64,000 bases of DNA from positions 608,001 through 672,000 of the forward strand of contig CM000429.1 of NCBI GenBank assembly GCA_000165345.1, in the 5' to 3' direction. Numbering within the stretch: position 1 is the stretch's first letter; each line of letters opens with the position of its first letter. The notes beneath the pieces were generated by a model that saw only the letters and a list, made by a program, of their open reading frames with translations, had not been told where the DNA came from and made no database searches. A program made the position numbers and the translations under genes. Below, piece by piece: positions 29,619 through 40,228 of the stretch.

Positions 29619-31679
29619 TTAAAAAGCTTCTTCCTTTTCAAATACATACTCATCAGAGTCTATTTCATCTTTTTCTGCTTGAACCTTTATATTTGACCCT
29701 TGTTCCATTCTATTTATAAACCACTTACAAAAAATGGAATTTAGTCGTTCTCTGAGTTTTTCTTCATCATTTCCCTCTAAAAAAGGATTAGAAAGATATA
29801 TTTTTAATTGTGTGATTTACCACACAAAACCTACCTAGTAAATCTGACAAATTTGTTGAATTCTCAGGATCGCATCTAGAAAGTATTTCAAATAGGCCAT
29901 TTTTAAATACTATGGAATCCGATCTCATCACCATAGATGCTAAGTTCTTGGAAATGATTGGGGAATATTTTTCTACCGAGCTTTTATAGTTAAATTCTTT
30001 GATATTAACAAGTTCCATTGGAAACTTAACTTGACAACCTTTCATTAAACTTTTTAACGATTGTTGAATAATTGTAGAAAGCCCAACATTGCTTTTCAGA
30101 CTACTCTTTCCCAAAGTACCATACTGAATTCCATGGCCTTTAACATTAATAAATAGAACTCTAATACTAAATTCAACCGTTGGAATTACCATTATTGGAA
30201 GTAAGAATTCACTCTAAAATTATTATAATTTAGATATTGTATTTTAATATATCGCTATTAAAATAGCTAACTTACCCCAGAAAATACTGAAAGTTTCTCA
30301 TGATTATTTTCTAATATTTCATCTTTTTTTGCCAATTTCATTCCAAAGATATTTCCTTTCTTTCTGATGAAGCTTTTAACTGATGTTACAATATCACAAT
30401 ATTCTGTATCTTTACAAATAATTGGCATTCCATTCGAAAAACGGTAAACGTAAAGATAGCCTGTCTTTAGAGAAGTTGTTTGAGATGTATTGGATATATT
30501 TAAGTTTGATTGGTTTTCTTTATCAACATTTTGATATTCAATATCATCTACTTGGTTTTCTTTTTTCACATGAAATTCTCTTAAAAAACCGAAAACTGAA
30601 TCAATCTTATATTTAGATCCTTTATTACTTGAATACCGAATAAAATTATCTTCAAAAATATCGAAAAATGATAAATTGATATTTCCTTTTATCAAATCAG
30701 AAGCATCCATTTTCATATTTGTTTCAAAGTTTAAGAAAATATGGCTATTCCAAAATTTAGAAAGTACCAAATAACTTTGAATCTTCTTAAGGCATGATTT
30801 TGCATAAAGTTCCATAGAAAAGTACTTCTCTTGTAAGTATTCTAGTCCTAAGCTCATTTTCATAGACACTGAGAATTCAGTTATCCAATCCCAATTGGTA
30901 TAATCAAAACTCTCACTATTCCCTACATAAAAAGATCCATCATTCAGGTTACAAAGCAGAGTAAACTCCCAAATCTTGTTTCCCATTCTCATCTTAACTT
31001 TAACGTTTCCTTCTCCATGTTGTGTAGCATAAAGTAATATCATTTTAAGGCCTACCCCAAATTGTCCTGTATAATAAGAATCTCTTTTATTTATTTTCTT
31101 ACTAAAAGATGAATCAGAATTAAAAATTTAATCAATCACTTTAAATACAATTAATATTTAAACTCACTTTGTTCCAAAAAGAGTTCCCAATAGGTCAATG
31201 GATTCTAAAGGTATTCCGCATCCTGTATCTCTTACAATGATGTTTATTCTTGCCTTAAAGTTCAAACCAATTTTAATAAAAAATCAAATTTATTAATACT
31301 AGTCCTGTATTTTACTTACCTGATCATCCAATTCTAAATTCTCAAAATTCACAGAGATTTCTATTTTTTTTGGAAAATCATGCCACTCTGCTTTTGCCTT
31401 ATTATTACATGCATCTATAGAGTTATCAAAAAGTTCCTAAATAAAAAAAATCAATCCAAATTAAACTAAAAGCTACATTGCAAATTAAATCTTATTTAAC
31501 TTACCTTGAAAGCCATAAAAGGAGCATTTTCTGAGTCAAATCCAGTAATCCCAATGTCTATAGAATCATAGAAAAGTTAGTTATTACTTGTAAATCCACT
31601 CAAAGAAATATATATTTCACAAAAGAATCACAAAAAACTTACTTTCTGAAAAGAAATTAATTGCTGAAATATTGGACAT
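29619..31679 (-). CDS. DNA topoisomerase VI subunit B-like GHKL ATPase, 7 exons: 31679..31643, 31557..31505, 31436..31320, 31253..31168, 31101..30276, 30213..29835, 29776..29619.
   Basis: The spliced N-terminus MSNISAINFFSENIGITGFDSENAPFMAFKELFDNSIDAC...ARINIIVRDTGCGIPLESIDLLGTLFGTNKKINKRDSYYTGQFGVGLKMILLYATQ aligns motif for motif with archaeal Top6B ([36 protein letters not shown]...KVNVVDNGIGIP...FGRVLYSSKY...TRGMYGLGVKAAVLYSQ). All six introns are 58-85 nt with GTAAGT/GTGAGT/GTAGGT donors, and the phases are consistent. The last exon adds an acidic tail. The ORF track shows only two internal fragments (258 and 134 aa). Confidence 0.65.
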
Positions 31680-31783
31680 TTTAGAAAAATATCTTTTTAG
31701 ATTGATGCAAATTATTTCTCTGATTCCACTTTTAATTAATATTTTTTCACACATTGGCTGTCAATTATGACTGTGGGGGCCCG

Positions 31784-31791
31784 TTGGCGCC
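31784..31791. promoter_or_regulatory. TTGGCGCC site in a GC-rich patch (ctgtgggggcccgttggcgccgaatgg) between the Top6B-like start (minus strand, 31679) and the TOM7-like mini-gene start (plus strand, 31915). It may serve as a bidirectional promoter element.
   Basis: Seen directly. Confidence 0.45.
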
Positions 31792-31914
31792 GAATGGAGT
31801 TATAATTATTTCCTAAATTCCTAATACTTTGAAAAATAAAATAAAATAAAACAGAGAAAACTTCTGAATAATAATTAATATTGCATTTCTATTATACTTT
31901 GAAATATTGAAATA

Positions 31915-32221
31915 ATGAGATACTCACAAGTATACTCCAAACTTTTATATGATAAGATTCTCAAATTGAATCAAATATATTTGAACATAATTAAAAGTGG
32001 CATTTCTAAGGTAAGAAATAAACTACTAACTCCTTATTACTCATGAAAAATTTATTTTCTATTAAATTACGCAGATATACCATAAATTTATCCTATTTTG
32101 GTACAGATATGCAAAGAAAGTGTTTCATTATGGTCTGATACCAGGTACTTATTTATATACTTTGTGGAAAGAGGATGAATTCACACTAAATCCTATCAAG
32201 TTAGCACGGGTTCTTATCTAA
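31915..32221 (+). CDS. Candidate 2-exon mini-gene (31915..32010, 32075..32221) encoding an 80-aa single-transmembrane peptide with a TOM7-like motif.
   Basis: Exon 1 (32 codons from the ATG) ends exactly at a GTAAGA donor. The 64-nt intron contains a TACTAAC branch consensus (32025..32031) and ends in CGCAG. Exon 2 is open for 48 codons but has no in-frame ATG of its own. The product ...KFILFWYRYAKKVFHYGLIPGTYLYTLWKEDEFTLNPIKLARVLI resembles TOM7 (yeast HNVAHYGWIPFVLYLGWAHTSNRPNFLNLLSP; plant HYGFIPLVIFVG). It is not in the ORF track because each exon is under 60 aa. Confidence 0.35.
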
Positions 32222-32309
32222 AACACCTAGAGGTCGTTTTTATTTCCTCTTCCATTTATTAATTATAGTTGTTATAATTCAATAATTTTTTTTTTTCTTC
32301 TATTTTTTA

Positions 32310-33521
32310 TTAGTCCCCTTTCATACTATAAGGCTTATTGAATTTTCCTGGAACATAGTTTTCCCATCTATATGCTGGAAAAACATGTTTGTTCTTTTCG
32401 TACCACTGTCTTTTAACTACTTTTCCTGCGTGAGACTAAACAATTGTGAAGAATAGTATTAAAATCATATTATGAAAATTAGGTAAAAGTATGATTTAAC
32501 TTACTTCAGTAGTCTCTTTACTGACATCACTTTTTTCACGAATATCATCAAATACATTAAAGTGGAACAAGGGACCTTAAATTTGTCAAAAACATAGGCC
32601 AGTTAAAGTTTCCTAATATTTGCTATAAAACCCAAGCTTACCTGATTTCCCTCTAGCCTTAGTCTTAATAAGCTCATGAAAGGTAATTGTATGTGGTAAA
32701 ATTACGTCTTCTTTTATATACATTAGAGATGCACTTTAATGAACAAGTTTGAAGGGATAAGTTATAAAATTTGAAAATTTGTGAAAATTGACAGGAATTA
32801 GCTATGGATTCTTATTATCAGTTCTAACTTACCTAGAAAGCCTTGAAAATTCTTTGAATTCTGATTTTAGCTTTATTCTACATTTCTCAAGAAATTCGCC
32901 AATTGTAGTATTCCTTGGAACATGAACAGATCTTCTGTGGCCACTTCCATCCCAATATGAAAATACAACTTCAATTATCTCTTGTTTCAGTTTCTCTTCT
33001 TTTTCAAATTCCTCTTGTTTCAGTTTTTCTCTTGCTTTCGCTTCTTCAAGCTCTCTTTTTTTATCGGGAAGAAAGGATGTATCTATAGATGTATCTTTTC
33101 CTATTGTACTAAAGTCAAACTCTGAGTGTTTTTCTAAAGATTCTGTGGATTTGTTTTCTCCTGATAAAGAATCTTTTATAGCTGTTAAAGTAATTTCTTT
33201 GGATATAGTCTCTGATCGGTCCTCTTTATCAGGAATTTGGTCTGGTATATCGTCTCCTTGATTAAATTCGAATGATAAGGTATTGTATTTCATCTTTTTA
33301 GGTTTGGATTCCGGAATGATCTTTGTTTTCTTTGAAACATTTTCAGGCTTAATCCCCCTTCGAATATCACTTATATGCCTTTTATAAGTTTCCATAGAAA
33401 CAAGTCCCATAGTTCTTGACCTAAACTGCTCCTCATCCTCAGTAGACTTACTGTAAAACATCTCCTCTATACTTTTCATCGTTTGCTTCAACACTGCATC
33501 CAAGACTAATAAAAGCAGCAA
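32310..33521 (-). CDS. XAP5/FAM50-family nuclear protein, 4 exons: 33521..32833, 32733..32642, 32575..32505, 32435..32310.
   Basis: The spliced C-terminal half [27 protein letters not shown]...[47 protein letters not shown]...[29 protein letters not shown] is near-identical in pattern to human FAM50A ([15 protein letters not shown]...[41 protein letters not shown]...[29 protein letters not shown]). Introns are 99, 66 and 69 nt, with GTAAGT/GTAAGC donors. The start codon choice (33521 or an internal Met) is uncertain. Confidence 0.7.
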
Positions 33522-33759
33522 GTTACAAAACTATTAAAATAAATATTTAAAAAAACTATTAAGATTTCACATGAATTCCTATTTGTGAAAATTTCAATAA
33601 AAGTAGATGGACTATTAAAATACAAGTAAAAATAGAGCTTTGCCGCTTAATATAAAAAATGACGTGGAGGCAAACCTTCAAGGGATAAACTTAGAGAGTG
33701 AAGAAAAGAATAAGAGCAATAAAGAAAATAAGACCAAAAATATACGACAATACTTTCAT

Positions 33760-36015
33760 TTATGAATCAAGGGTCTTCTTAAATTGATTAAACCATTCGG
33801 ATAATTCTTGTTTAATGGATAAATTTTTGTAATCTCCTTGATCATTCTCAGAAATCGTAAGAGATTGTAGATCTCTGGAGATATTCTCTTCATCTACTAA
33901 TGTGAGAGGTCTCTCAAGACGAGCTAACATATTTTCCAAATAATCCGAACTGACTCCTCTGATACGTAGCCATGGATGATCAAGCAAAGTTTGAGCTCCA
34001 GGCCTCATCCTGGGGTCTAAGGCCAAAAATGAATATAAGAATAAGGAAAAATTGTGGGCCTCAAATTTGTTGATACAGTATTTATGAATAAGAACTGACT
34101 TCAGATCCCAATATTGAAGCTTGGAGATTTTGTGTAATTTATTATGTTTATTAAAAAATCTTTTTGAATGTTTTCCTGATTTGATCAAAGACTTAGGAAA
34201 TTCTCCAAGAAGCTCAATCATCTGAGCAAGATGATCATCGTCACCACTAAAATCTTCTGTTGCCTTGGGAGTGAAGAGAAGATCACCGGTTAGAAGTTCA
34301 AAGATTGTGCATCCTAAGCTCCAAATGTCAGCAGACCAATCGTAACCCGCGCCTACAATAACTTCAGGACTCCTATATTGCCTGGTCTGAATATCTTGAC
34401 TAAAATGCTTATTCATCCAGCAAGCATTCCCAAGATCTACAATGAAGTACTCTGCTTCATTTCTAGAAAACGTGTTAGGATTTACACTAATTTGTTTAAT
34501 AACATTGGAAACCTCCATAATTTTTTCCTCATTAACCTCAAAACGAAGAGCTTTCGAATCTGCCTTCGAGTTCTTTGAAAACTTATGATTTTCTTGTGAT
34601 AATAGTTCTGAACCTCCAACATAACTTTTGTTCCATTGAGTGAGAGGAAGTAAATGAGTATATCTTTGCTCGTCATTTGCAATATACTGCTGAGGATGGT
34701 AAACTTCATACAAGTGATGATGATAAGGTGGTTTTATTAAAGGAAACTGGTTTAAGTTATTCATGTTAGAATTGAAGCTAAAATTCTCCAATTTGCTCTG
34801 CTCAGTAGAGCTTTTTTCCAACTTCTTTGAATTAAAATTGATTTGATAATAACTTGAATGAGTTGGGTCTGAAGGCATTGGTTTCAGATGAAGCTTTAAA
34901 AATGGAGGAGTAGATAATCTTTTTCCTTTTTCAGAAGCTTCAGTATTTTTGGCCTCACCTGGTATACATTCAATAACGTCTTCCTCAGCGTTACTTGACT
35001 CGGTAGCCTGAGAACCTAACTTTTGCTTGTTTTTTCTCTGATTTTTCCTCTTTAACCTTCTTCTTTCTTTAGCGTTTAAACCATGATACTGGGTTGAATT
35101 TCCATTGCTGGAGTCATTGATATTACTATTATGAATAGAGTCAGTGGTTGTTGAATTTGTTATTTCAGTTGCTGTAGTAACGTCTTTAATATTATTATCA
35201 GAATTAGAACCATCCCGAATGTGGTGGTCGTCTGATTCTTTGATGTTTGAGGAATCAGCATCGTACTTTTCCTCAGTGTTGATAACTCTAAAATCAACCA
35301 TGGGAATAGAAGAGCTTGAAACAACTATGTTTTCTGGTTTAATATCAGTGTGTATTACACCACAAATACGATGCAAATAGTCCAATCCAATTAACGAATG
35401 GGCAGCAATCTTCCTGACTATATCAATTGGAACTCCTTTATAGTCATACAAGCTGATTAATTGCAAGATATTCGGCCCCAATACTTCAAATACCATACAA
35501 ACATGTTGGCCATTTGGACCTGAAACCTCAAAGTAATCAATAAAACCTACAACACCATTAAAGTTCCTTGAAAATGGACGAGTAAAATTCTCAATACAAC
35601 TTTCCAAATGTCTATTCAAAGATTCCCTCCACTCCTCTCCACTAGCATGGTTCTTAGTAGCCGTTAATATCTCCATTTCGTCATATGCAGCCTGTCGGTA
35701 CTCTTGGGCTCCTTTTTGGAACTTTAAAGCAAAATAAGTAGTAGGTGTGCTTAAAGTGTCAATAGCCAACCATACTGTTGAAAAATGGCCCCATCCTAAC
35801 TTCGAAACAATCAAATATCTACCATTATAAACCTCCCCAATCGATACTGGGTGGTAACCTCCAACTTTGTAATCCTCTTGTGATTCATTCCAACAATCTG
35901 CTGGAATGGTTGGCTCATCATAATCATGCTCAATATGCTGATTTTCTCCGCTCACTTTAAGATGTTGAGCTCCAAGATTTTGATTTGGATTACTCATTTT
36001 CCCCAAATTTTCCAT
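33760..36015 (-). CDS. SR-protein-specific kinase (SRPK-like), 751 aa, with a split kinase domain.
   Basis: GHFSTVWLAIDTLS...ALKF (kinase lobe 1), a long Ser/Asn-rich spacer, then HTDIKPENIV...DLGNACW...SPEVIVGAGYDWSADIWSLGCTIFELLTGDLLF. A bipartite kinase with a spacer insert is the SRPK hallmark. Confidence 0.75.
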   Translation of the reverse strand: MENLGKMSNPNQNLGAQHLKVSGENQHIEHDYDEPTIPADCWNESQEDYKVGGYHPVSIGEVYNGRYLIVSKLGWGHFSTVWLAIDTLSTPTTYFALKFQKGAQEYRQAAYDEMEILTATKNHASGEEWRESLNRHLESCIENFTRPFSRNFNGVVGFIDYFEVSGPNGQHVCMVFEVLGPNILQLISLYDYKGVPIDIVRKIAAHSLIGLDYLHRICGVIHTDIKPENIVVSSSSIPMVDFRVINTEEKYDADSSNIKESDDHHIRDGSNSDNNIKDVTTATEITNSTTTDSIHNSNINDSSNGNSTQYHGLNAKERRRLKRKNQRKNKQKLGSQATESSNAEEDVIECIPGEAKNTEASEKGKRLSTPPFLKLHLKPMPSDPTHSSYYQINFNSKKLEKSSTEQSKLENFSFNSNMNNLNQFPLIKPPYHHHLYEVYHPQQYIANDEQRYTHLLPLTQWNKSYVGGSELLSQENHKFSKNSKADSKALRFEVNEEKIMEVSNVIKQISVNPNTFSRNEAEYFIVDLGNACWMNKHFSQDIQTRQYRSPEVIVGAGYDWSADIWSLGCTIFELLTGDLLFTPKATEDFSGDDDHLAQMIELLGEFPKSLIKSGKHSKRFFNKHNKLHKISKLQYWDLKSVLIHKYCINKFEAHNFSLFLYSFLALDPRMRPGAQTLLDHPWLRIRGVSSDYLENMLARLERPLTLVDEENISRDLQSLTISENDQGDYKNLSIKQELSEWFNQFKKTLDS

Positions 36016-36338
36016 TATTGTAAAAGTGTATTTACACTTATAAGGAATTAAAAATACTCAATTTTCTTTAAACTATTTAAAGTTTAGTAGTAAGTTTAAA
36101 ACATCCTAGATATGTACTTAGTAGATGATTTGATTAGCATAAACTTTCTTATCAATAAATTTCAGAATATCAAATCGCTTAGTACTTGAACCAAACTTTT
36201 TTTAATTTTATTTTTATTAATTTAATTATCTTATTCATTTACCCATGTCCACTTTTTTAGCGCCAAACGTGGTAACTTAAAACACCGGTATAGTAATAAT
36301 AAAAAGAAAAATAAAATTTTGGACGCAGTGAGGATTAA

Positions 36339-36385
<47 letters not shown>

Positions 36386-36642
36386 ACAGACTTCATGTAA
36401 AATAATTAATTCAGCAATTTGTTGATTGTTATTTTTACTAATCAAAGACTATCCCGACATTACTTTCATTAACGATAGCATTTAAATATTTGTGCAGGTT
36501 AATATTCTGTGTGAATTGAGCAAATTAACACACTAAGTTTTTTTGATTTTTTAAGTTGGGTAATTGGTTGGTAATACTAAGATTTTCATTACTGTAATAT
36601 TGTCTTTTAAAGTTTAGTGAGTAATCTCTCATATTTTCAAAA

Positions 36643-37809
36643 ATGATGGAAAGTATCCTTATTCAAGGTCTGGTTGGTTCAATCATTGTTTATATGGTTT
36701 TTTCTAGAGGGAAAAATAACCTTCTTTTATTTCCAAGGCTTAATAAATTCAGATATATTATATCTATTTTATTATGCTCGTCAATAATAGCTTACACAAT
36801 TGTCTCAAAGCCACAAACATATTATGACATTATTCAAGTAGATAGATGGGCTCCTAGAACAGAACTAGTTCAAGCAATTAGAATTGCAAAGAAGAAGTAT
36901 CACCCCGATAAAAATAAGCTGGATGAAAAGTCAAACTATACTGAACTTTTCTATGAAATTCAAAAGATTGAAACTGTCTTCAGTTCTGAAACAAAGAGAA
37001 ATAATTATAATAAATATGGAGATTTTAGAGCTGATGGTAATATCGAAGACAGAAATATTATTCTATGCCTTATTTTAGGTGCTGCTTTTCATGTTTACTC
37101 CTGTTTATTTGGACTATTCTTATCATTCCCCTCCATATTCAGAAAATCAAGAGGATTATTCCCAGTATATTCCATTGCAGTTTTTTGTGCTGAACTACAT
37201 ATGAGACTTTCCGATGACCCCAATCCACTTTCATTTTTACCAGTTATTGGAGGATTACTTCCTTTTGAAAAGATTCGAGTGTTAAGATCTCTTTTTACAT
37301 GCGTTTTGATTATCTCCTTTGTCTATGCATCAAATTACTACCGAGATTATGATGAAATTCTTAATGGTATGCTTAAAGGAAATCTAATCACTAATAAAAG
37401 AATTATTGATTTGACTCAGTCACTCATTGTACAACTTCAGACTCATGGAATAGGCTCTACTTCTACATCTAGTGGTCAAAACAAGAACAAAAAGAAAAGT
37501 AATTCAACATCATCATCTAACGCCACTCCTCTTCCTCCAAAAATTAAAGTGGATAGCGATAATGAACAAGAAGATCCTCAATTAGAAGTAATTCAGCAAC
37601 TCAGTGAGCCACTTAAGGAACTTGCTTCTACAATGAACGAATCCCAGAAAAAGCAACTTCAGACAGTCTTAAACATCGCTTTTACTGCTAAGGGAAAGGA
37701 GAATAAGAAAGAAGGAGGTGGATTCCTCAGTCGAATTTTTGGGAGCAGTTTCTTTTGGATTATTTTGGTTGGTTACGTTTTTCAAATTATCAAGAACTAT
37801 CTTTCCTAA
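36643..37809 (+). CDS. J-domain (DnaJ) membrane protein, 388 aa.
   Basis: The J domain has an HPD motif (YYDIIQVDRWAPRTELVQAIRIAKKKYHPDKNK...YNKYGDF). Hydrophobic segments flank it, with an N-terminal and a C-terminal transmembrane segment and a Ser/Asn-rich linker. Confidence 0.6.
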   Translation: MMESILIQGLVGSIIVYMVFSRGKNNLLLFPRLNKFRYIISILLCSSIIAYTIVSKPQTYYDIIQVDRWAPRTELVQAIRIAKKKYHPDKNKLDEKSNYTELFYEIQKIETVFSSETKRNNYNKYGDFRADGNIEDRNIILCLILGAAFHVYSCLFGLFLSFPSIFRKSRGLFPVYSIAVFCAELHMRLSDDPNPLSFLPVIGGLLPFEKIRVLRSLFTCVLIISFVYASNYYRDYDEILNGMLKGNLITNKRIIDLTQSLIVQLQTHGIGSTSTSSGQNKNKKKSNSTSSSNATPLPPKIKVDSDNEQEDPQLEVIQQLSEPLKELASTMNESQKKQLQTVLNIAFTAKGKENKKEGGGFLSRIFGSSFFWIILVGYVFQIIKNYLS

Positions 37810-38095
37810 GTTTTTTGACTTATATAGGTTTAATTATAGGCTTTAAATGAAAGCTATTTAATCATTAATTCTTCTTTCTATCTAAATTTATTTCTCTATT
37901 CATTTTTCCCCTATTGGATAGGGAATCCTTTTCCTATTGTATTTATTCCACAATGGTTAGGGCCTAGTCCAAATTTACCAATCACAAAAATTTAATACAC
38001 TTGGGCTTTCATTAACAAATCTGATATTTGTGAGCTTATTTGTTGATAAAGAACTTTAAAATAAATAAAAGTTAAAATAAATCACTGAAAAGAAT

Positions 38096-38824
38096 ATGAA
38101 ATTATCAGAAGGAGCATATAGAGCTAAATTGGCTGATATGGTTGGTAACTACAAGGATGTAATTAAAGTACTCACTGAATCTTCTGACTTTAGAGATAAC
38201 TCTCTTATATTGTTATTGGCTGGATCCCTAAGAAACAGAGTTACTTCGATTCGAAATTCTCTCAAATCTATTAAGAGCCAAGAAGAAAAGCTAAGAAAAG
38301 AAAAAAGTCTGAATAATGAATTTATTCAAGTTATTGAGGATATTAAACGAGATTTTGAGGAATCTATCCTCCTAGAAAGTGAAGATGTTATACGCATTAT
38401 TGATGATAACTTGTTAATGTATTCAGAAGAAGGTGCCCGAGCATTTTGTATTAAACTTAAAGGAGATCTAATGAGATATAAAGCTGAAATTCTCAAAGAT
38501 GAGGAAAAGAATCAATGTATTAAACAAGCTGTTGAGTTTTATGAAGATGCTCTTCAACGTGAAAGATCATTCCTAGAAAAATACCCATCAGATCCTTTAT
38601 ACCTAGCAACAATCCTTAATTATACAATACTTAAGTATGACTTATTAGGTAATCCAGAGGGAGCAATGAAATTTGCAAATAGAGCTATTCAAGCAGCAGA
38701 GAATTCCAGATCAGACTCTGAGCAGTTTTCTGAAAATACTGAAAAACTTCTCAAAATCTTAAGAGATAATGTGTCCCAGTGGGAACAAGGATGCAGTGGT
38801 CTGCTAACTAGTGCATTCTTTTAA
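38096..38824 (+). CDS. Divergent 14-3-3 family protein (242 aa).
   Basis: LKGDLMRYKAEILKD matches the 14-3-3 MKGDYHRYLAEF block. The C-terminal LLKILRDNVSQWEQ matches LIMQLLRDNLTLWTS. The N-terminal helices are poorly conserved, so the assignment is tentative. Confidence 0.5.
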   Translation: MKLSEGAYRAKLADMVGNYKDVIKVLTESSDFRDNSLILLLAGSLRNRVTSIRNSLKSIKSQEEKLRKEKSLNNEFIQVIEDIKRDFEESILLESEDVIRIIDDNLLMYSEEGARAFCIKLKGDLMRYKAEILKDEEKNQCIKQAVEFYEDALQRERSFLEKYPSDPLYLATILNYTILKYDLLGNPEGAMKFANRAIQAAENSRSDSEQFSENTEKLLKILRDNVSQWEQGCSGLLTSAFF

Positions 38825-39658
38825 ACATCTTTAGTACTGATTAAGCCTCTAAGTGTTTCATTAATATTAATGTTTTTCAAATCTTGATTCTTAGAAACTC
38901 CAGCCATCTGAGTTGAATTATTTAAAATTAAAAAGTAATTCGAATTTATTTTTTACACTTACTTTGGCAATCTCTGAAATCTCGTGAACTTTGGGTAAGT
39001 TATCAATAAAATCTACTTGGCCTTGAATAAGTCTAAGAAAATCCTCAATCTAATAATAAAGTTAGATGAGATCCAGAGAAGAATTGGTCATTTATGAGCA
39101 CTTACTAAATCATTCTTATCAATGTTAACAAATAAACAGGCCACATCTTTGGTAGTATCTGTAATTCCAAATGTCTTTAATGTTGCTGAAATCTGAAATG
39201 AAGTGTAAAAGTGTAAATTATAAAATTTAGAATAAACTTTTCTAACTTACATTTGTTGAAGGAGACATATTATAAATAACTTCTGTCTCAAAAGCTTTAG
39301 TTTTTGTTTTACTCTGAAACTTTTTTTTTAATAGACAAATTGAAAGGGAAATTAAAATGTGTTCCAAATTATATATCTGAAAATAGATGTTCAAAAAAAA
39401 AAAAAAAAAGATTTTACTAGTCAATTTGGGAAAAGATACATCTGGAAATGAACCTACCATTCTTGCGTTCATTAATATAACAAATTGTCTAGATTGATCT
39501 TGAGTCAATTCTAGTAATTTTGGATGATTCTTTTTCATAAGAATTTCCAAGAGCTCTTTAGAGTTGTGGATATCTCGTACTAGACAAATAGAAACAAATT
39601 CATCTTTAAGAGACTCGCCAAGAGTAAATCTTTGAAGTTTTTCTTGAATAGAGGCCAT
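38821..39658 (-). CDS. CGI121: KEOPS/EKC complex subunit Cgi121 (TPRKB-like), 5 exons: 39658..39458, 39376..39251, 39192..39106, 39049..38963, 38907..38821.
   Basis: The spliced protein ...IYNMSPSTNISATLKTFGITDTTKDVACLFVNIDKNDLIEDFLRLIQGQVDFIDNLPKVHEISEIAKMAGVSKNQDL...RGLISTKDV matches human TPRKB ([34 protein letters not shown]...[34 protein letters not shown]...ICRMSTKDVL). Four introns are 55-81 nt with GTAGGT/GTAAGT donors. Intron 1 contains an A17/T17 homopolymer (39393..39409). The stop codon (38821..38823) overlaps the stop of the convergent 14-3-3 gene (38822..38824). Confidence 0.7.
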
Positions 39659-39994
39659 TTGGAATATCTACTTTCCTAATAGTAATATCTGAGTTTGAAA
39701 TATGCAATACTGACAAGTCTCGTATATGAAACTCAATTATATTTGGGTCCTATTCAACTACGATAAAATACCCTAAAACTCCTCAACGCACACACACAGC
39801 TTAAGTCTGAGCTATTTTCTCGTAATTTTTATTCTTATTTTTTCTTTTATTAGATTTAACTTTTTATTAGCATGACATTCCCCTTGTCAATATTTAATTA
39901 TTTACTTTTAAATAATTCCCACAAAACCCGTGGCCCGCCAAGGTGTAGACACAGACTGGTGGTTCAGGACTAAAATTACCGGGCACGTGTTAAA

Positions 39995-40020
39995 TTGTCT
40001 CAAAGGTTTGATTGAGACAA
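39995..40020. promoter_or_regulatory. Perfect 9-bp-stem inverted repeat TTGTCTCAA-aggtttga-TTGAGACAA about 210 bp upstream of RPL27. A CACGTG box (39985..39990) and a GGCCCGCCAAGG element (39942..39953) sit just upstream.
   Basis: Seen directly. It is a GC-richer island in an otherwise AT-rich divergent promoter (Cgi121 / RPL27). Confidence 0.4.
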
Positions 40021-40228
40021 AAAAGGAAAGAAAAATAAATAGGAATTGAATAGTAAGGAAGAATAAGTAAAGTAGCGAATTAAATAGTGTTTAACTTGGA
40101 TTAAATACTGTCAAAAAAACCAACTTTAAAAAATCAATTATAAAGAAAAAGACCGCAAGGTTGGAATAAAACAAAAGAATAAATAATTCTTTAGGTTAAT
40201 TTTTTCAGAGTTTAAACTAGGGAGAAAT

